DNA from: Trichoplax sp. H2
Lineage: Eukaryota
Direction of reading: 5' to 3'
NCBI GenBank assembly: GCA_003344405.1
Contig: NOWV01000192.1
Span: forward strand, 1 to 64,000
DNA: 64,000 bases
The translations under genes and the position numbers were made by a program. Within the stretch, counting starts at the first letter, position 1. Every line of letters begins with the position of its first letter. The notes under the pieces were generated by a model. That model saw only the letters and a list, made by a program, of their open reading frames with translations, searched no databases and was not told the DNA's origin. Below, piece by piece: positions 25,001 through 37,600 of this stretch.

Positions 25001-26702
25001 TTCACCAACTCCGGATTTAGATTCAGCCTCAAGCTGTGAAAATATACTTGCTCACATATCTTTACGTTTAGCTGTTTGGATTATGGGAATTGCATCATTT
25101 ATAGGAAATATACTTGTCGTTACCATGCATCACACCAATAACAATCAAAAGATGAGTAAAGCTACAGAACTTGTCTTCAGTAATTTAGCCTTGTCAGATT
25201 TTTTAATGTCAATCTATTTATTTATTATTGGTGTTGCCGATGTAATTTACCGAGATCGTTACTCTCAATATGCTGAAGAATGGCTCAGTAGTCCAGCATG
25301 TTTTATTGCATCGTTCTTAATATCTACATCAAGCTTGATGTCGGTTATTATGATGCTATTTATCAGCATCGACCGATATTTAATTACTGCTAATCCATTT
25401 GCATCATTGGATGGAAGATATAAACGGACTAAGATAGCATTAATAGTTGGATGGATATTGGCATGCACTTTTATTAGTATACCAGTTATAATGGGTACTA
25501 ATCAAATTGGAGATAGGCGATTACACGAATTCAGTTCTATTTGCTCTCCGAGTAATTTAAGTGATAAATTTTATGCTGGCTGGGTACTTGCTTTCGTTAT
25601 AATACAATTTTTATGTTGGGCTGCAACATTAATAGTCTATGTGTTGTTAATAATATCAGTTAGTAAAACACAGCAATCCGTTCGTAGTAGTGCTCAATCT
25701 CGCAATTTCACAATTGCGATTCGATTATCAATAATTTTAGTTACAGATTTGATTGCATGGCTACCAGTTTATGTTATTTCTGCAATGACTATAATTCAAG
25801 GCAAATTAAATATATTTACATTACAATTTGCGATCATCTTGGCTGTACCACTCAATTCAGCGATTAATCCGTATATTTATACAGCTACTGGAACAGCTTG
25901 CTTCAATCAATTGGTTTCTATGGGATCGAAAAGAAAGTCAGCACGATCTATGCTTAGTCGAGGTGCTGATATGAGTACATTTAGGAGTAATGCAAAGGCT
26001 ACAAAGCCCAGTAAGACAGGCACTGATCTTGCTCAAGTACAAATACAGAATCAAAATACTGTCTGCTCAACAATTATTGACCCTTATAGTTACATATACG
26101 ATGACGTTGATAATTGTTCGACAAAGCAAATTGTAAGTGAAGAAATCGATTCTGATGGAAAAGTTGCAATAGAATGCGATTTCGATCGCTGTGATACTAA
26201 TTCTCCATGGCGAAGGCATAAGGCACCTTTACGTTTATCTGATGATACTGCAATTGTAATTAATGACATCGATGCATCGAACAATGTCAATTATGAGAAT
26301 CTATTAATCGATGATAAAAGCGATCTTGTATGCCATAATGATATGGTTACTTGTCATTCTAATACTACCGATAACGTAGGTTCTATAAATCCTGCGTTTG
26401 ATGGTTATGAGAATCTAGATACTGAAGGAGCTGACCTTAATTGGCAAGAACTTTTTGGCAATAATGAGGGTAAAAAAAGTAAATTCATTACTGGTAACGA
26501 AGGCTCCAGAAAGACTTATTATAAACTCCTTCATAATCAACGGTTTGATACAAATACTTCAGGAATGAATATTTATAATAACACCCAATCGTACCATGAT
26601 GGCTTAAGGATATCTGATTTTGACGAAGGATTCCATTCTTTTCATCAAAAGTCTAAACTGAATAATCGCATGACAGGAATGAAACGGAGCAAGTCACACT
26701 AA
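76..26702 (+). CDS. Gene 1: giant LRR-containing rhodopsin-family GPCR (LGR-like), 5'-truncated by the window; 52 LRR exons + terminal hinge/7TM exon, ~1,860 aa visible
   Basis: AG/GT-bounded, stop-free phase-2 exons, each encoding xLxxN(x)nFxxLxxLxxL: 76-147, 595-666, 782-853, 1366-1437, 1626-1700, 2064-2135, 2241-2315, 4471-4542, 6056-6127, 6238-6309, 6505-6576, 7485-7556, 8277-8348, 8475-8546, 8667-8738, 9941-10012, 10123-10194, 10269-10340, 10446-10517, 10621-10692, 10990-11067, 11317-11388, 12946-13017, 13211-13282, 13502-13573, 14062-14133, 15024-15095, 15183-15254, 15461-15532, 15683-15757, 16702-16767, 16952-17023, 17342-17422, 17546-17617, 17972-18037, 18246-18317, 18484-18555, 19248-19319, 19453-19524, 19751-19822, 19947-20018, 20115-20180, 20341-20415, 20602-20688, 20822-20893, 22003-22125, 22277-22351, 23502-23579, 23772-23843, 23939-24016, 24124-24195, 24378-24449. 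Terminal exon 24947-26702 is in frame with ORF 25083..26702. Confidence 0.93.
2342..3328 (-). mobile_element. Old family E copy hosting a nested family F element
   Basis: 2342-2414 and 2894-3328 align to 47244-47812; ends are degenerate so boundaries are approximate; absent in gene 2 (~45110). Confidence 0.65.
2415..2888 (-). mobile_element. Solo-LTR-like element, family F (nested in E)
   Basis: tgtcaca..tgtcaca ends, perfect TSD agtat/agtat; a possible diverged relative ends near 21490. Confidence 0.8.
3675..4304 (+). mobile_element. Solo-LTR-like element, family A
   Basis: tatgacag..tttgtgaca ends, TSD agcaa/aggaa, TATATAAA at 4099; site is empty in gene 2 (~46510); 7 copies of the family in the window. 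Confidence 0.85.
6778..7263 (-). mobile_element. Solo-LTR-like element, family G
   Basis: tgtgattg..actaca ends, perfect TSD gtacc/gtacc, TATAAATA and AATAAA on the minus strand; empty site in gene 2 (~50768). Confidence 0.83.
7618..8177 (+). mobile_element. Solo-LTR-like element, family B
   Basis: tataaagt..tatgaca ends, TSD gttag/gctag, TATAAAA at 8017, AATAAA at 8123; empty site in gene 2 (~51112). Confidence 0.85.
9530..9751 (+). mobile_element. Old family I fragment, apparently shared with gene 2 (~53500-53691); left boundary unresolved
   Basis: 9580-9751 resembles 57575-57750 (e.g. ttactggatca..acct.ttttatatt); a similar end and the same right flank (tttattg) occur at the orthologous position in gene 2. 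Confidence 0.5.
11868..12497 (+). mobile_element. Solo-LTR-like element, family A
   Basis: tgtgacag..tgtgacg ends, TSD ccagt/caagt; empty site in gene 2 (~55860). Confidence 0.87.
14287..14954 (+). mobile_element. Family B element hosting a nested family A copy
   Basis: tgtaa..tatcaca ends, TSD aactc/aattc; aligns to 7618-8177 outside the nested insert; absent from the gene 2 intron 58113-58327. Confidence 0.82.
14477..14754 (+). mobile_element. Family A copy with internal deletion, nested in a family B element
   Basis: tgtgacag..tgtgaca ends, perfect TSD gagat/gagat; ~350 bp of the middle is missing relative to 11868-12497. Confidence 0.87.
15926..16549 (-). mobile_element. Solo-LTR-like element, family A (reverse)
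   Basis: Reverse complement of family A, perfect TSD cttat/cttat. Confidence 0.87.
18622..19169 (+). mobile_element. Solo-LTR-like element, family C
   Basis: tgttacg..tatgacg ends, perfect TSD gctgc/gctgc, AATAAA at 19042; empty site in gene 2 (~62182). Confidence 0.85.
22797..23280. mobile_element. Solo-LTR-like element, family D
   Basis: tgtgataa..cactaca ends, TSD agaag/tgaag; aligns to 60293-60792. Confidence 0.8.
24947..26702 (+). CDS. Terminal exon of gene 1: LGR hinge + 7TM domain + ~270-aa cytoplasmic tail
   Basis: Acceptor ctttag|a at 24946/24947. Translation ASTRAYLCCIVPAKITTCSPTPDLDSASSCENILAHISLRLAVWIMG (CC..C.P....SSCE hinge typical of type-C LGRs) runs into the 539-aa ORF, which has GN (TM1), NLALSD (TM2), SIDRY (TM3), TDLIAWLP (TM6) and PLNSAINPYIY (TM7). 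Stop TAA ends at 26702. Confidence 0.95.
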
Positions 26703-29619
26703 ATTTTTGGTAATAATTATACTAACATTCCTTATCAAATGTTTTTCGGCAGTATGACATCGTAAATGATAATAATCTTCATTATCTACCGAAGACTGTA
26801 ATTTGATAGACTAGTGAACACATAATATGAGCTGCGGATATATTCGTAGGTTATTTATTATCATTTTGCGGATAATAAGGATTATGTTAACCTTGCGTTT
26901 CCATCTCTAAATATAATCAATTGTAATTTGGTTATTTTATATGCCAAATAGTAGGCGTAGATCACTGTCATATAGTGCTATAGATAGTAAAGTAGTCATG
27001 AATTTAATAGTACGTCGACCTTGGACCCACACTTATTTGCAGGCAAGAATGATTTAGTATGTCATTGCTGTCATGTATTAGCAATTCATACACTCATTCA
27101 GTATGCTTTTACTTGCAATAATATATTTAAAGAAAATGAGTTAATCTTACAATTATGCAAAGTAATAAAGTACTGTAAAGGCATTTTTATATGCAGTAAG
27201 TAAATTTTGTAACCCTTTAGGTTTGGAATATGCTAATTAAAAATTCATATTATGTAAAGAGTTTGTGTGTCTAGTTTACCTTATAAAAACCTTTCTTTTA
27301 ATCCACTATTGTTTACAAGTACTTTGTTAAGCACAGTGACTAGCCTGCTTTACGAAGGGATTTATTACCCCCTATGAGCGCATTTTTAACACGTTTTAAT
27401 TCTGTAATTAGCTTAAATCACTATATTATTGTATTAATTTATTATTTTAACCATGGATTATTCTGAAAAAAATAAATATGTATTACATTTTCCCTTTTCG
27501 ATCCGGTATATGTACTTTGCAAAATGTTTAACTTAATAAATTTTATTATCTACATGCTTTAATTCATTTCTTTTATATTAAGTATTTCTTTACTTATATT
27601 AACAATGAATGCTGAAATAGCTTTTGCTTAATAACCGTCTATAACTGTTTGATAAAGTGTCTAACTGTAAGCAAAAACTTCCTTATGTTAAGAATAAATT
27701 ATATCTTCTACTAAGGACCGAATTAGCCACAACTAACTGAACGTCGGAGATGAAATCTTCTGCTTACATATACATTTGGTTACAGAGTATCGCCAGAATG
27801 CAAGGATCAATATCTATCTTAATTAGGCTAGCATTTCGTTACTAGCGTATCTCAAGGTATGAAAGTCATCTGATACAGCCTTTCTAACAACTACTACAAT
27901 CTGCACTGTAACTACCTACACGAATATTCAAGTATACAATGTTACTGTATTTATTAAAAAATCCGTCATTTTACAAAATCGCCAGGTATTTTGTAAAATC
28001 ACTTAGGTATCACTATTATCTTCAATCCATTTTATTATCGAATGCAAGATAAAGAGGAACTAAACTATCACTCATTGTCGCGGACTACTTCCTGACAAGT
28101 TTACTAGTCTAACGTAAAGCATATACTTTTAGTACCGATGATATGCTATTCTACAACCTTACTACGACTGTTTCGCGACGATGGAGTAGTAATGCCTCTT
28201 CTTTCTTTCGAGTAAGCATTTTTAACATAACAATTAATGTTTAATAAGAATATTTTATGCATCTTAACTAAGAAGAGCTATAGTTAACACTGCCTTATGA
28301 TTGTCTGAGAAATTAGCTTACTACATGGATATCATCAATAATAGTCATTGCTGATTGCTAGCAATGTTCTACTATCAGTATTCGGGGTCAGATCCACGTG
28401 AATAGCTGTACCATAATTAAGAGGATGTTTGACATCTTACGTTTTTAGATATTAACAAATCAGGAAACACATTTCAAGTAAATACATTCTACCAACAGAA
28501 AAAGTCGATTATTTATTTAGAGAACAGTATTCTATTCATTTTCTTTAATTCTGATTGTAGGTCATTTAGTTATGGTAAATAAATTAATCCTAAACTTTGT
28601 AAGAGCTACAGATATGAAGCTCGTAGTTTCTTCGAAGTTATTTTTAATAGCTAAACATTATTTTGCTATTCTATCAAGTTTACTGTAAAGCTTTTTTGAA
28701 TTCTGCCTTAACTTTGATTATTAAATTATGAGAATTTGGTTTTAAGATAGATAGAATAGTCGGATACTTTCATTACAATAGTAGTTTCAGTTCCTTATCA
28801 CAGACTAACATCATTACACACTTACAGGGTAGATGCTTTTTATTCAATATTTGAAACGTAGTTTTAAATCATCATCGTGTTCCACAATACAATTGTAGTT
28901 ATACAAAGCAATGTCATAACTGAGGTGAATTGATAGAGAGTAATGTTGCGTTCCGCTTTATGAATACGAACTTAATGAAAGCTACAATTATGAATCAGTT
29001 TCCTTTTATCACGTTTTTCGAGGATATTCACTCTGTAGTTCGTATTGATAACTTTGTTACCGTTCGCGCTGGAGAAAATTTGCGAAATAAATGCTAATAT
29101 TACTTGAATGGATATCATGGTGTAGTGTAGCAGCAGTGAAGTTTTTACACATGGATTAGTATTTGTTTATATGAACGCTTTCTCTGATGTTTTACATATT
29201 TGGATAGATAGCTGCTTAGTCATGTTATTTATGAATTGATATATGCGTACAGTAATTAACGCTTATGCAAACATACCATGAAACGATTGATTTATAAAAG
29301 GAATTGAGATCAGTTTTGCTTAAGAGAGTCAAAAGATATACTGACACCACTTAACAGAAGGCGAGATCGTTAATATTTACTGTCGTATTGCAGATAAATA
29401 TCGGGGAGCACTAAAATGATAGCACGTTTTTAGTTAGCAATTCCTTTTAGTAGTTTTGTGTTTCTTCTTATAAATTTAACAGAAACAGAATCTGCTTGCT
29501 GATTTTCTGTAACCGATTGTTTTCTAAATTCATCTATTTAATTTTCAACTATTCGAAAGAAATTTGATCACGAATTGGGTAAAAAGATAGTAAATGATAA
29601 CAGCAGGAAAAATTGATCA

Positions 29620-31050
29620 TTGTTTAAGACATTCTCAGAACATTCGGAACAGCATCTTCCAAGCAATGAAGATTTGTCTTGAGACTAGGAAAGCCATGGG
29701 GTAAACGGTGTTTTTGTGTAATAAGGATGTACGAATAGGCCAAGATTTTAATCGCAGTCTCAAAAATATCCTTACGCGACACGATAATATACCAAATGTC
29801 GATTGCGTATAAAATTTTTATTGAATTTATAATTTTACTTCCTTTAGATAACGCAAGCCAAGTTGCTATGAATAGGTTTTTATTGAGGGTCACAACCTAT
29901 AAACTCGAAAATTTAGTTATTAAAATAGAAGATTCTCTAATGTGATACAAATAGATGAGCTCTGCTTCTAACTTTAAAAATATCAATTATTGCAACTCTG
30001 TCAGAAAAGAACCAATTTTATTATTCTCAAATTAACTGTTCAATGGCTAAAGCAAACAGAGTAATCGACTTATTAAACTCTAGAACAACAATTCCTTACG
30101 ATTTAAGCACAGTCAAATACTCCTTTACAATGTTTTACTCAGAAATTAAAGATCACGGTAGTATACAAAAAACACAAATTTACATGGCTTTCAGGTAAAG
30201 CTTTTAATGTGCTTGGAGTAATAAATCTAAGTACACTTTTTCACCAAATCAGTCATCATTACAGTTACTTCGTTAAGCACAACGACTATTCTACGCTACT
30301 TAGTGCTTTACTTCTGTTACAAATCAAATACGTAACGAGAAAATTTAAAATATTACAGCAACTATAGCGCTACGAGTATACTATGAGATTTTTCCTCCCG
30401 ATATCTACCTCCATTATAGTACGACTTTAAATACTAATGATCACCTATCACCAGGAGGAATAATGCCACAAGTCTGTCGTAGGCAAAAATCAACCCAAAC
30501 TGTATTGAAAATTCAGTCAATTTCTAGTGTAGTCACAAGATTCTACTTTAGTTGCTACTACTTAAATAGTATTTTCAGACTACCTACTTATCGACTAAAA
30601 ATACGTAAATTATCATAGATAATCTAATATCAATACATTTCTAGATAAGCAATCTTATAAAAACTATGCTACCACTACTACGCCAAAGTTACTCCTTGAA
30701 CACCTCATATTACTCTTGCACTTTCAATAAAACTAATTTCTCCAGCGATAAGATGAATCACTGCAAAAATTTAATTACATTTCAAATCAAAGCTACAGAT
30801 CTAACGACAGAAATTTATTATAAAAAACGTATGTTTTCTCTTCTAAAAAATTTATCGCAAGAAGTTGCTTTACCATTATCTTCAATAATTAACAATATTG
30901 AGTTTGAAAAGCCATTAAAACATATGGTGCCTCCTATATATAATTTATAAAATTACAAAATTCCCGGCTACGTTACGATAAACCTTGTAGAATACTTGTA
31001 CTACGTGGTATTAAATCAATATATTATCTTCGGCAAGTTATTCCCATAGA
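29620..31050 (+). mobile_element. Fragmented CR1/L2-like LINE ORF2 remnants in the intergenic region
   Basis: Plus-strand fragments ICLETRKAM/VNGVF (cf. YLxxRxQxVxVNG), KANRVIDLLN..LLYNVLLR (cf. KANRxLG..LYKxLVR), IYMAFR/KAFNVL (cf. DFxKAFD) and LLKNLSQEVALPLSSIINN..MVPPIY (cf. LKxxAxxLAxPLxxIFN..VxPIY). Heavily decayed and not all in canonical order. Confidence 0.45.
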
Positions 31051-31545
31051 AAAGTATTTGCGAAGAATTGCTATTTCATTCTATTATAGATGACCAATGA
31101 TATGCACTATACCGAATACATAACACTCACTTAAAAGCTGTGCTTGTATTGTGTAGATATAATTTTATTTTCTCAGATCATTAAAATCAATTATTAAAAT
31201 GAGCCGTTATACAGCGCTCTATTCGCTTTCACGACAACGCTATTCATTTTCACTTAATTGCTTAATTGCATTACGAGATCAAAAATAACATCGCTGTAAT
31301 TGAATTATATCGGGTAGATTAAAATTAACTTTGTTATAAATATTAATATTGTTATATAAAATATTTACAAAATATAAAACCTTCGGTTGATCAATTTCTG
31401 TATAAGCTCTCGATATAAATTTGATAAATTCTTTCAAACGACAATTTAATGGCTATTTCTTCAATATCCGCATCACGTCAAAACAGTTAGTAATTGCATC
31501 CGTAATAAATACCATTACTAAATCATCAGCAATAGCTGGGTAATT

Positions 31546-31609
31546 ATGAAACTCTTTATCGTCTTATTTTGGTCAAACATATTCTTTGACTTCCTACTAC
31601 TGGCATCAG
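31546..31609 (+). CDS. Putative first coding exon of gene 2 (signal peptide)
   Basis: ATG..MKLFIVLFWSNIFFDFLLLAS then cag|gtaggg donor. Phase 1 matches the LRRNT exon, and the peptide is a hydrophobic stretch after MK. Confidence 0.7.
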
Positions 31610-34600
31610 GTAGGGATATTTTTCATTGGAATCGTGTCTAATTTTAACTGCTAAAAATTTAACTGTAAAATACCTTCCGTAATTTTGTTCAACGGGTGAT
31701 ATTACGAAAAAGCTTAACAGCATTGTTAATCGATTTTAAAACCATACGGCAATCATTTATTAATTTAACGAGCAAAATTTCTTGCTCTGTTAAAAGTTGA
31801 TAATGTTCTAAATTAGGGAGATTTTTCTTAATTTTTAGTATTGAATCACGAAAATGTAATAGGTTATTAGTGCAAACAGCCTTTCAAGAGGATAACATAT
31901 TGTGCGATCTGTAAATCGTGTTCTTGAATTATGTATCAGTTCCTAATAACTGTGCTATCTTGAATAACTTTCCTCTGCTGGTGGATAACAGAAAAGATTT
32001 AGATGCCTCGTATTTATGTTAAACGCTAATTTAAGAACTCTCCTTATTATACACTATGCCTAATTTTAATATACTTTTGCAACACTTATTGCTCGTGTGT
32101 TATAATTAGTATCTGAAGCTTTCTAAACAAATCAGATAGAGCATTTACGTGTAAAGACCTAACTACAGACAGCAACATCTACGAATACAGATATGCAATG
32201 ATTAATATAAAATGATTATTTTCGTAATATTTCCCAACAATCTAACGTAAAATGGATGCAATCACAACAGTTTGAATTGTAAACGACTAATTTTTATTGC
32301 TGTCCCTAAGTCTCTCTTGCTCAAATACCCTAGACTTTTATACCTTCAACGACGGATTGTACCGTAAAGTGTCTATAGAATCTAAATACGCCTTCCTAAT
32401 ATGACAAAATCTTAACTAGAGAGTCTGCAGAGTCTACTATAAGCCTTTTCAATACTTTAAAGTCCTTGATCATAGGGATTCTTAACTATACTCCTAACAC
32501 AGTTGTTATTGCAGTACTGATGCAATCATGCTTTTGCTCTATTTTGTATCACAGATGTTGTACTTATCGTAGCACTTTTAAAGTGTCAGTGCAAGCAGTA
32601 ACTGGGGTGCCTGTGAAATCTACGTTATTTCTTCCTTATGCTTGAAAGTCATAATTACAGAGATTCTAGCTTACACTGTCATGATTTTACTGTATCGCAA
32701 GTCTTAGCACTTTCGAAATATCAGGGCAAGCTCAGGTATACAGTACTAAGTCTGTTGATGCAGACTGGATGTACTAGTATATAATTCATTTCAACTTCAT
32801 TTGAACTGTTTAATAATTTATGTACTAAATCAAGGTTATTTTGATGACCATTATATCTAAATTAGAAGTTGTCTAAACGAGGTTAAGCTCTAAAAGTTAT
32901 CTTAACGAGTCCTTACTAATCTAAATTCTACAATGATCTATCACTGTAACACTTATTAAGCGTACAGTAAATTCTCCTTTATATCAAATCTTTGCTATCG
33001 CCATTTATAACTAATTCTTGCGAGGCCAACGTCAATCTTTAATGGTGTATACGTATACGCGTACGTATAAAATACCACGTCACCTTATCCGTCTTATGAT
33101 ACTACAATTAAGAAGTATTAGCCATAAATATGGCGGATCAAATATTATTATGGTGGTTGATTCAATTTCCTTGATACCGTAAAACTTCCTAATATTCGTA
33201 TAATCAACGCTGCATGTAATCTGATGCTCTGCCATGTTTCATAAATCTGGCTATTAGCACTTGCTCGTAAAGAAAAGAATTCTCCTTAAGCAACAAAAAT
33301 TTTCAAATAGGTCTAGATTTTCGACCAACGCAACTTGCGGTATCGTAGAGCTAGTCATCAGAGAAGATGTAATACTAGCTCACTACTTGATTGATGCGCA
33401 AAATATGCAGTAACTCCAGTTAGAGATTAGACCTTGTTGGAAACTTAACTGGAACAGAACGAAAACTTTATTTCACAACTAAAGCCTCAGTTTCTAGATG
33501 TTATTACGTATGATCAGGTCATGTAATAGAATAAATTTTAAAGATTTTACGGTAATAGGTTTCATATGCTAAACAGTAGACATTACTGTTTTAGACAAAC
33601 GTAAACTTCTGCACTAAATCCGTAGGCTAAGTTATGCTTTTTGCCGAAGTCAATAAGAACAAATATTTGATATCGATATGGACATATCACATTAAATGCA
33701 TGTAGCTTAGCTGGATGGTTGTATTAAATTGAGAACCAAGCAAACAAAATCAATGTTACATTGGTATTTCTTTATTTGTTTATAGTAAATTTTCAACCTA
33801 TTAATGAAAAACTTGTTAGGTAACTTGACATAATACAATAATATTGTTATGGCATTGTCTCACTGTAAAGGAATTAGCGAGGTTTAGCGATACAGCCTTA
33901 TTTAGGTTAGGAAATAGTTCATGATTTAGACCATTTATTTCTTGATATAGTAACTCGGTAACTGGGCATATTACAGCATTAGTGTCATGGTGTAGCCTCG
34001 CCCTAAAGAATTTAGTGACGAAGCATTATTTAGCTTAGGTGATGGTTCATAATTTAGATGATTTTTTCTTAAAATATTACATTATGGCTTGCTCCGGTGC
34101 AGCAAATTGATATATAGTTATGACTAATTCACATCAGATTGTACTTTGGTTTACTATGATATAGATGATTCCGCGAATGAGCATTTTGTAATCTAATTGA
34201 CTAGTGTAATTTAATTTATACTTAGTCTTCAGAAATCAATTCCCAGATATTGACTTATCAATTAAGCATTTATGTACGAATCCTCTAGATGGTTTATAGC
34301 GCTATTAGTACTAATTATAACTTTAAACTATAGTTGAAATATATAATCTTGACAATCGTGTAATAAAACTAGTAATTAGGTTCAATAATGAATACAAAGT
34401 GGAAGGTATATCAACCACTATGAATCGTTAAAATTACGTATAACTGCTCCAAGAGTTTCTTATAAAGGTTTATTACCTGACGTATACTGTAGTTCTAGGG
34501 TAAGATTTGTAGATTAGGCCTTCTTGTTATCTAGTTATATAACTTGTCTCTGACTGATATACTAGAAGATGCAACTTTAAATTGATTGCTGCATTAAATA

Positions 34601-37600
34601 TGGCTAAATCATTTTAGAAATATTTACTTTTCTTACTGCATAATAATAGCTTTACAATGTCCTCAAAGTTGCCAATGCACCAATGGTTCCACAATGAAAT
34701 GTCAAAACCCCCTAATGAGTACTTTTCCAGCTTTAATGGCAGATATGGTCAATATAACATACTTGTACGTATATTACCTAGCGCTCTTCTGTATAAAGTT
34801 CCAAATCTGTATAGATCTTAACTTTGGTCGAAATTTTTTGTGTTTACACATACGGCGCTTTATGCAAAATCCTACCGTTTGAACAAATACAGCATTTTTT
34901 AAGAATTATAATTTAATTTCATTATTATTCCAAAATATGGCCATCCACTTCTTGAAATAGACAAATTTCTGGCACAAGCATCCGACATATATATAAAAAT
35001 AATTTGTCTCATTATTCAAAGCTGACGTCACTGTAAGTTAAGAAATGTTATATTATCTACTGTGAAAATCGAAATGCCACATAAAAATAAAAAAATGTAG
35101 ATTTATAGTTTATGATAATATTTTGTTTCAATTCCTAAAAATATGAAGCACTACCTTAGGAATTGTTCTTGCTATTAATAAAGTAAATCCTTATCATATT
35201 ATGATGAAATAGTAAATATTCCAAGTAGGCATATGAAATATAGAAACTTGATAGAGCTCGTGATCGAGATAAACTTATGGAAGAAATTATTTGTTCCCTC
35301 GAATATCCGTATATGATAACTTAATCGTAATAATATATCACTGTCACTTAAAATATATTGATAGCGCAGTCAATATGCTTACTACGACAGATAGAGTATA
35401 TGGGTGAAATAGCAATCAATAAGAAGAGAAGAGAATTCTGTTTTATTTTGTTTTGTGTGTTAGAACGCGCTCTTTGCAAAGATTACAGTTACTATACCAT
35501 AGACTAGCGAAATAGTCATACGAATTAATGTAAATTTAACATAAGTGCAGTCTTGTTTCTGGTATTGCAAGGGTAGTTGTAACACATTTGTAACGTACCC
35601 TTAATTAATAAGCCGTGGATCGTAAATGGAGGTTATGCGATATCATATCTTTAAAAGTGAAATATATTGCTTGAATCAGATATTTATATAATAACAAGCT
35701 AGCGAGTGTTGATGACGGAGCATTTTCAAATTTGAATAAATTAAAAACCCTGTAAGTAAATTTTTAAGTAAGCCGCATATCGATAATAATTTAAAGTATA
35801 TGTTAATACAAAAAATAAATCACTTTTTGCTATTGTAATGAGTGCTTGGAATTCGTTATTATCTTAAATTTACGAGTTATATATTTCGATAAGTATTTTT
35901 TAATGATTTGAAATCGATTATCGCTTCAGATCCTTGAAAGAAAATCGATTGACGGTCTTAAATTCTTCTCAAATATTTGTCGGTTTGATAAGTTTGAATT
36001 ACTTGTAAGTTAGATAAAATTGAAGTTCTACAAGAAATTAATTCGTTTTTCCATTTATGGACAGTAGCTAAGCAAAATAGATAGCACTAACTTACTTTTT
36101 CTTTACCAATTTTAATTCTAATTAAGGGTTCCTTTAGTGCTTTTGCTTAAAATACTTACGGGCATTATTATATTTAATAGTTGGAGAGCAAAATAAAAGA
36201 TTGCTACTATTATATTACATCTTCTAATGAGGAGAGTTTTTAACAAAAGCTCTATATTTATGGATAATATCACTTTACAAAAATTACTGTGAAATTTAAA
36301 ATTGGTTCTTTGGGTACGACTCATAAATGTTATAAAACTAAGATGGTTAATTTTATTTCCATAGATATTTGCAAGATAATAAAATAAAAGCCATCGAAGA
36401 AGGCATATTTGCAAGCCTGAATAATTTACAAAAATTGTAAATTTTGGTAGTATGAAATAATGATATTGTGAGAATAAATAGTTGTTTAAAGTAATATAGC
36501 GAATTCAATTACCCTTATACATAAAATAGATATGTAAGAGAAGGCAATACGGTACTTATATCAACTGACGGGATGATACACTAACGTAAAATGTAACTTG
36601 TAAGAAGTTTATTCAGTCAGTTTTAGAATTTAGTCTGTATCTATTTAATAAATTATAACTCGACTAATTTGTAAAAAGTCTACTTTCTCTGCTGCATAAT
36701 TACTGCAATAATAGTTTGAATTATTATTCATAATTGATACAGGTATTTAAATGAAAATTTATTGAAGTCATTAAGTTCTTCCAGAATCTTTTATGGGCTA
36801 AACAAATTGAAGGAATTGTAAGTAAGATAGCTGTCAATAAATAAACAAGATCATGAAGATTCAGCGTATTTCATTTAAATTAGTTAAGCTACTACATCAC
36901 TATAACTGAATGACTATTATTATAAATATTCGCTAAATGTTTCATATGCATACGCATATATTTTATTTATGAGATATAATATCGAAAAGGATTACTCTAT
37001 AGTTAATGATCAATGGAATCAAAATTGGGCGATTGAAAGTCGATAATTTTAATAGCACGGCAAATACTAGTAAATTTATAATCTATAATCTTTAAAAGAG
37101 TTAAGATCGAATGGAGTGAAGGTAATATCTTCATTTAATTAGATACTTGAATAAAAATTATATCGAGCAAATTGAAGATGAAACATTTACAAGTTTGAAA
37201 ACCTTAAGAGTGCTGTAAGTTTTGTAAAGAGTAAAATGATCCCCGATGTCTTATTGGTTTAATTTAAAGATAATACATCAGATATGTTTGAAAATTTGGC
37301 GATTATTTATTGTGGCGACTATTTATTCATTAATCACATTTTTGATGTGATATTGACCGTTGAAAGAAATAATTAGCTTATTGCGTTCTTTCCAAAATGA
37401 TGCAGTGATTTGCGAGACAATTCCTTGAGCGAATTAAACTCTCCAAAGCTATTCAATGGAGTAAAAAACTTAAAATATTTGTAAGTCACTATTATGTATT
37501 CGGTATATGCATTTAAAGTACAGTTTTCATATCCAAAAAAGTAAATTTAAATATAATACCTTCAAGTTTGAGCTCTATTGTAATCTTCTAATGGTATCAT

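Noticed and set aside
25265-26290. Minus-strand ORFs 25265..25468 and 26090..26290
   Set aside because: Antisense shadows of the 7TM exon with no independent evidence.
27968-27999. 12-bp perfect hairpin attttacaaaat/attttgtaaaat
   Set aside because: AT-rich, single occurrence, no associated element boundary; plausible by chance.
29110-29175. tRNA-Val-like 5' half (catggtgtagtg..tttacac)
   Set aside because: No T-arm GTTCRA and no acceptor-stem pairing; a cloverleaf cannot be formed.
31351-31362. TATA-like box ~190 bp upstream of the gene 2 ATG
   Set aside because: TATAAA is too frequent in this AT-rich DNA to call without transcription-start data.
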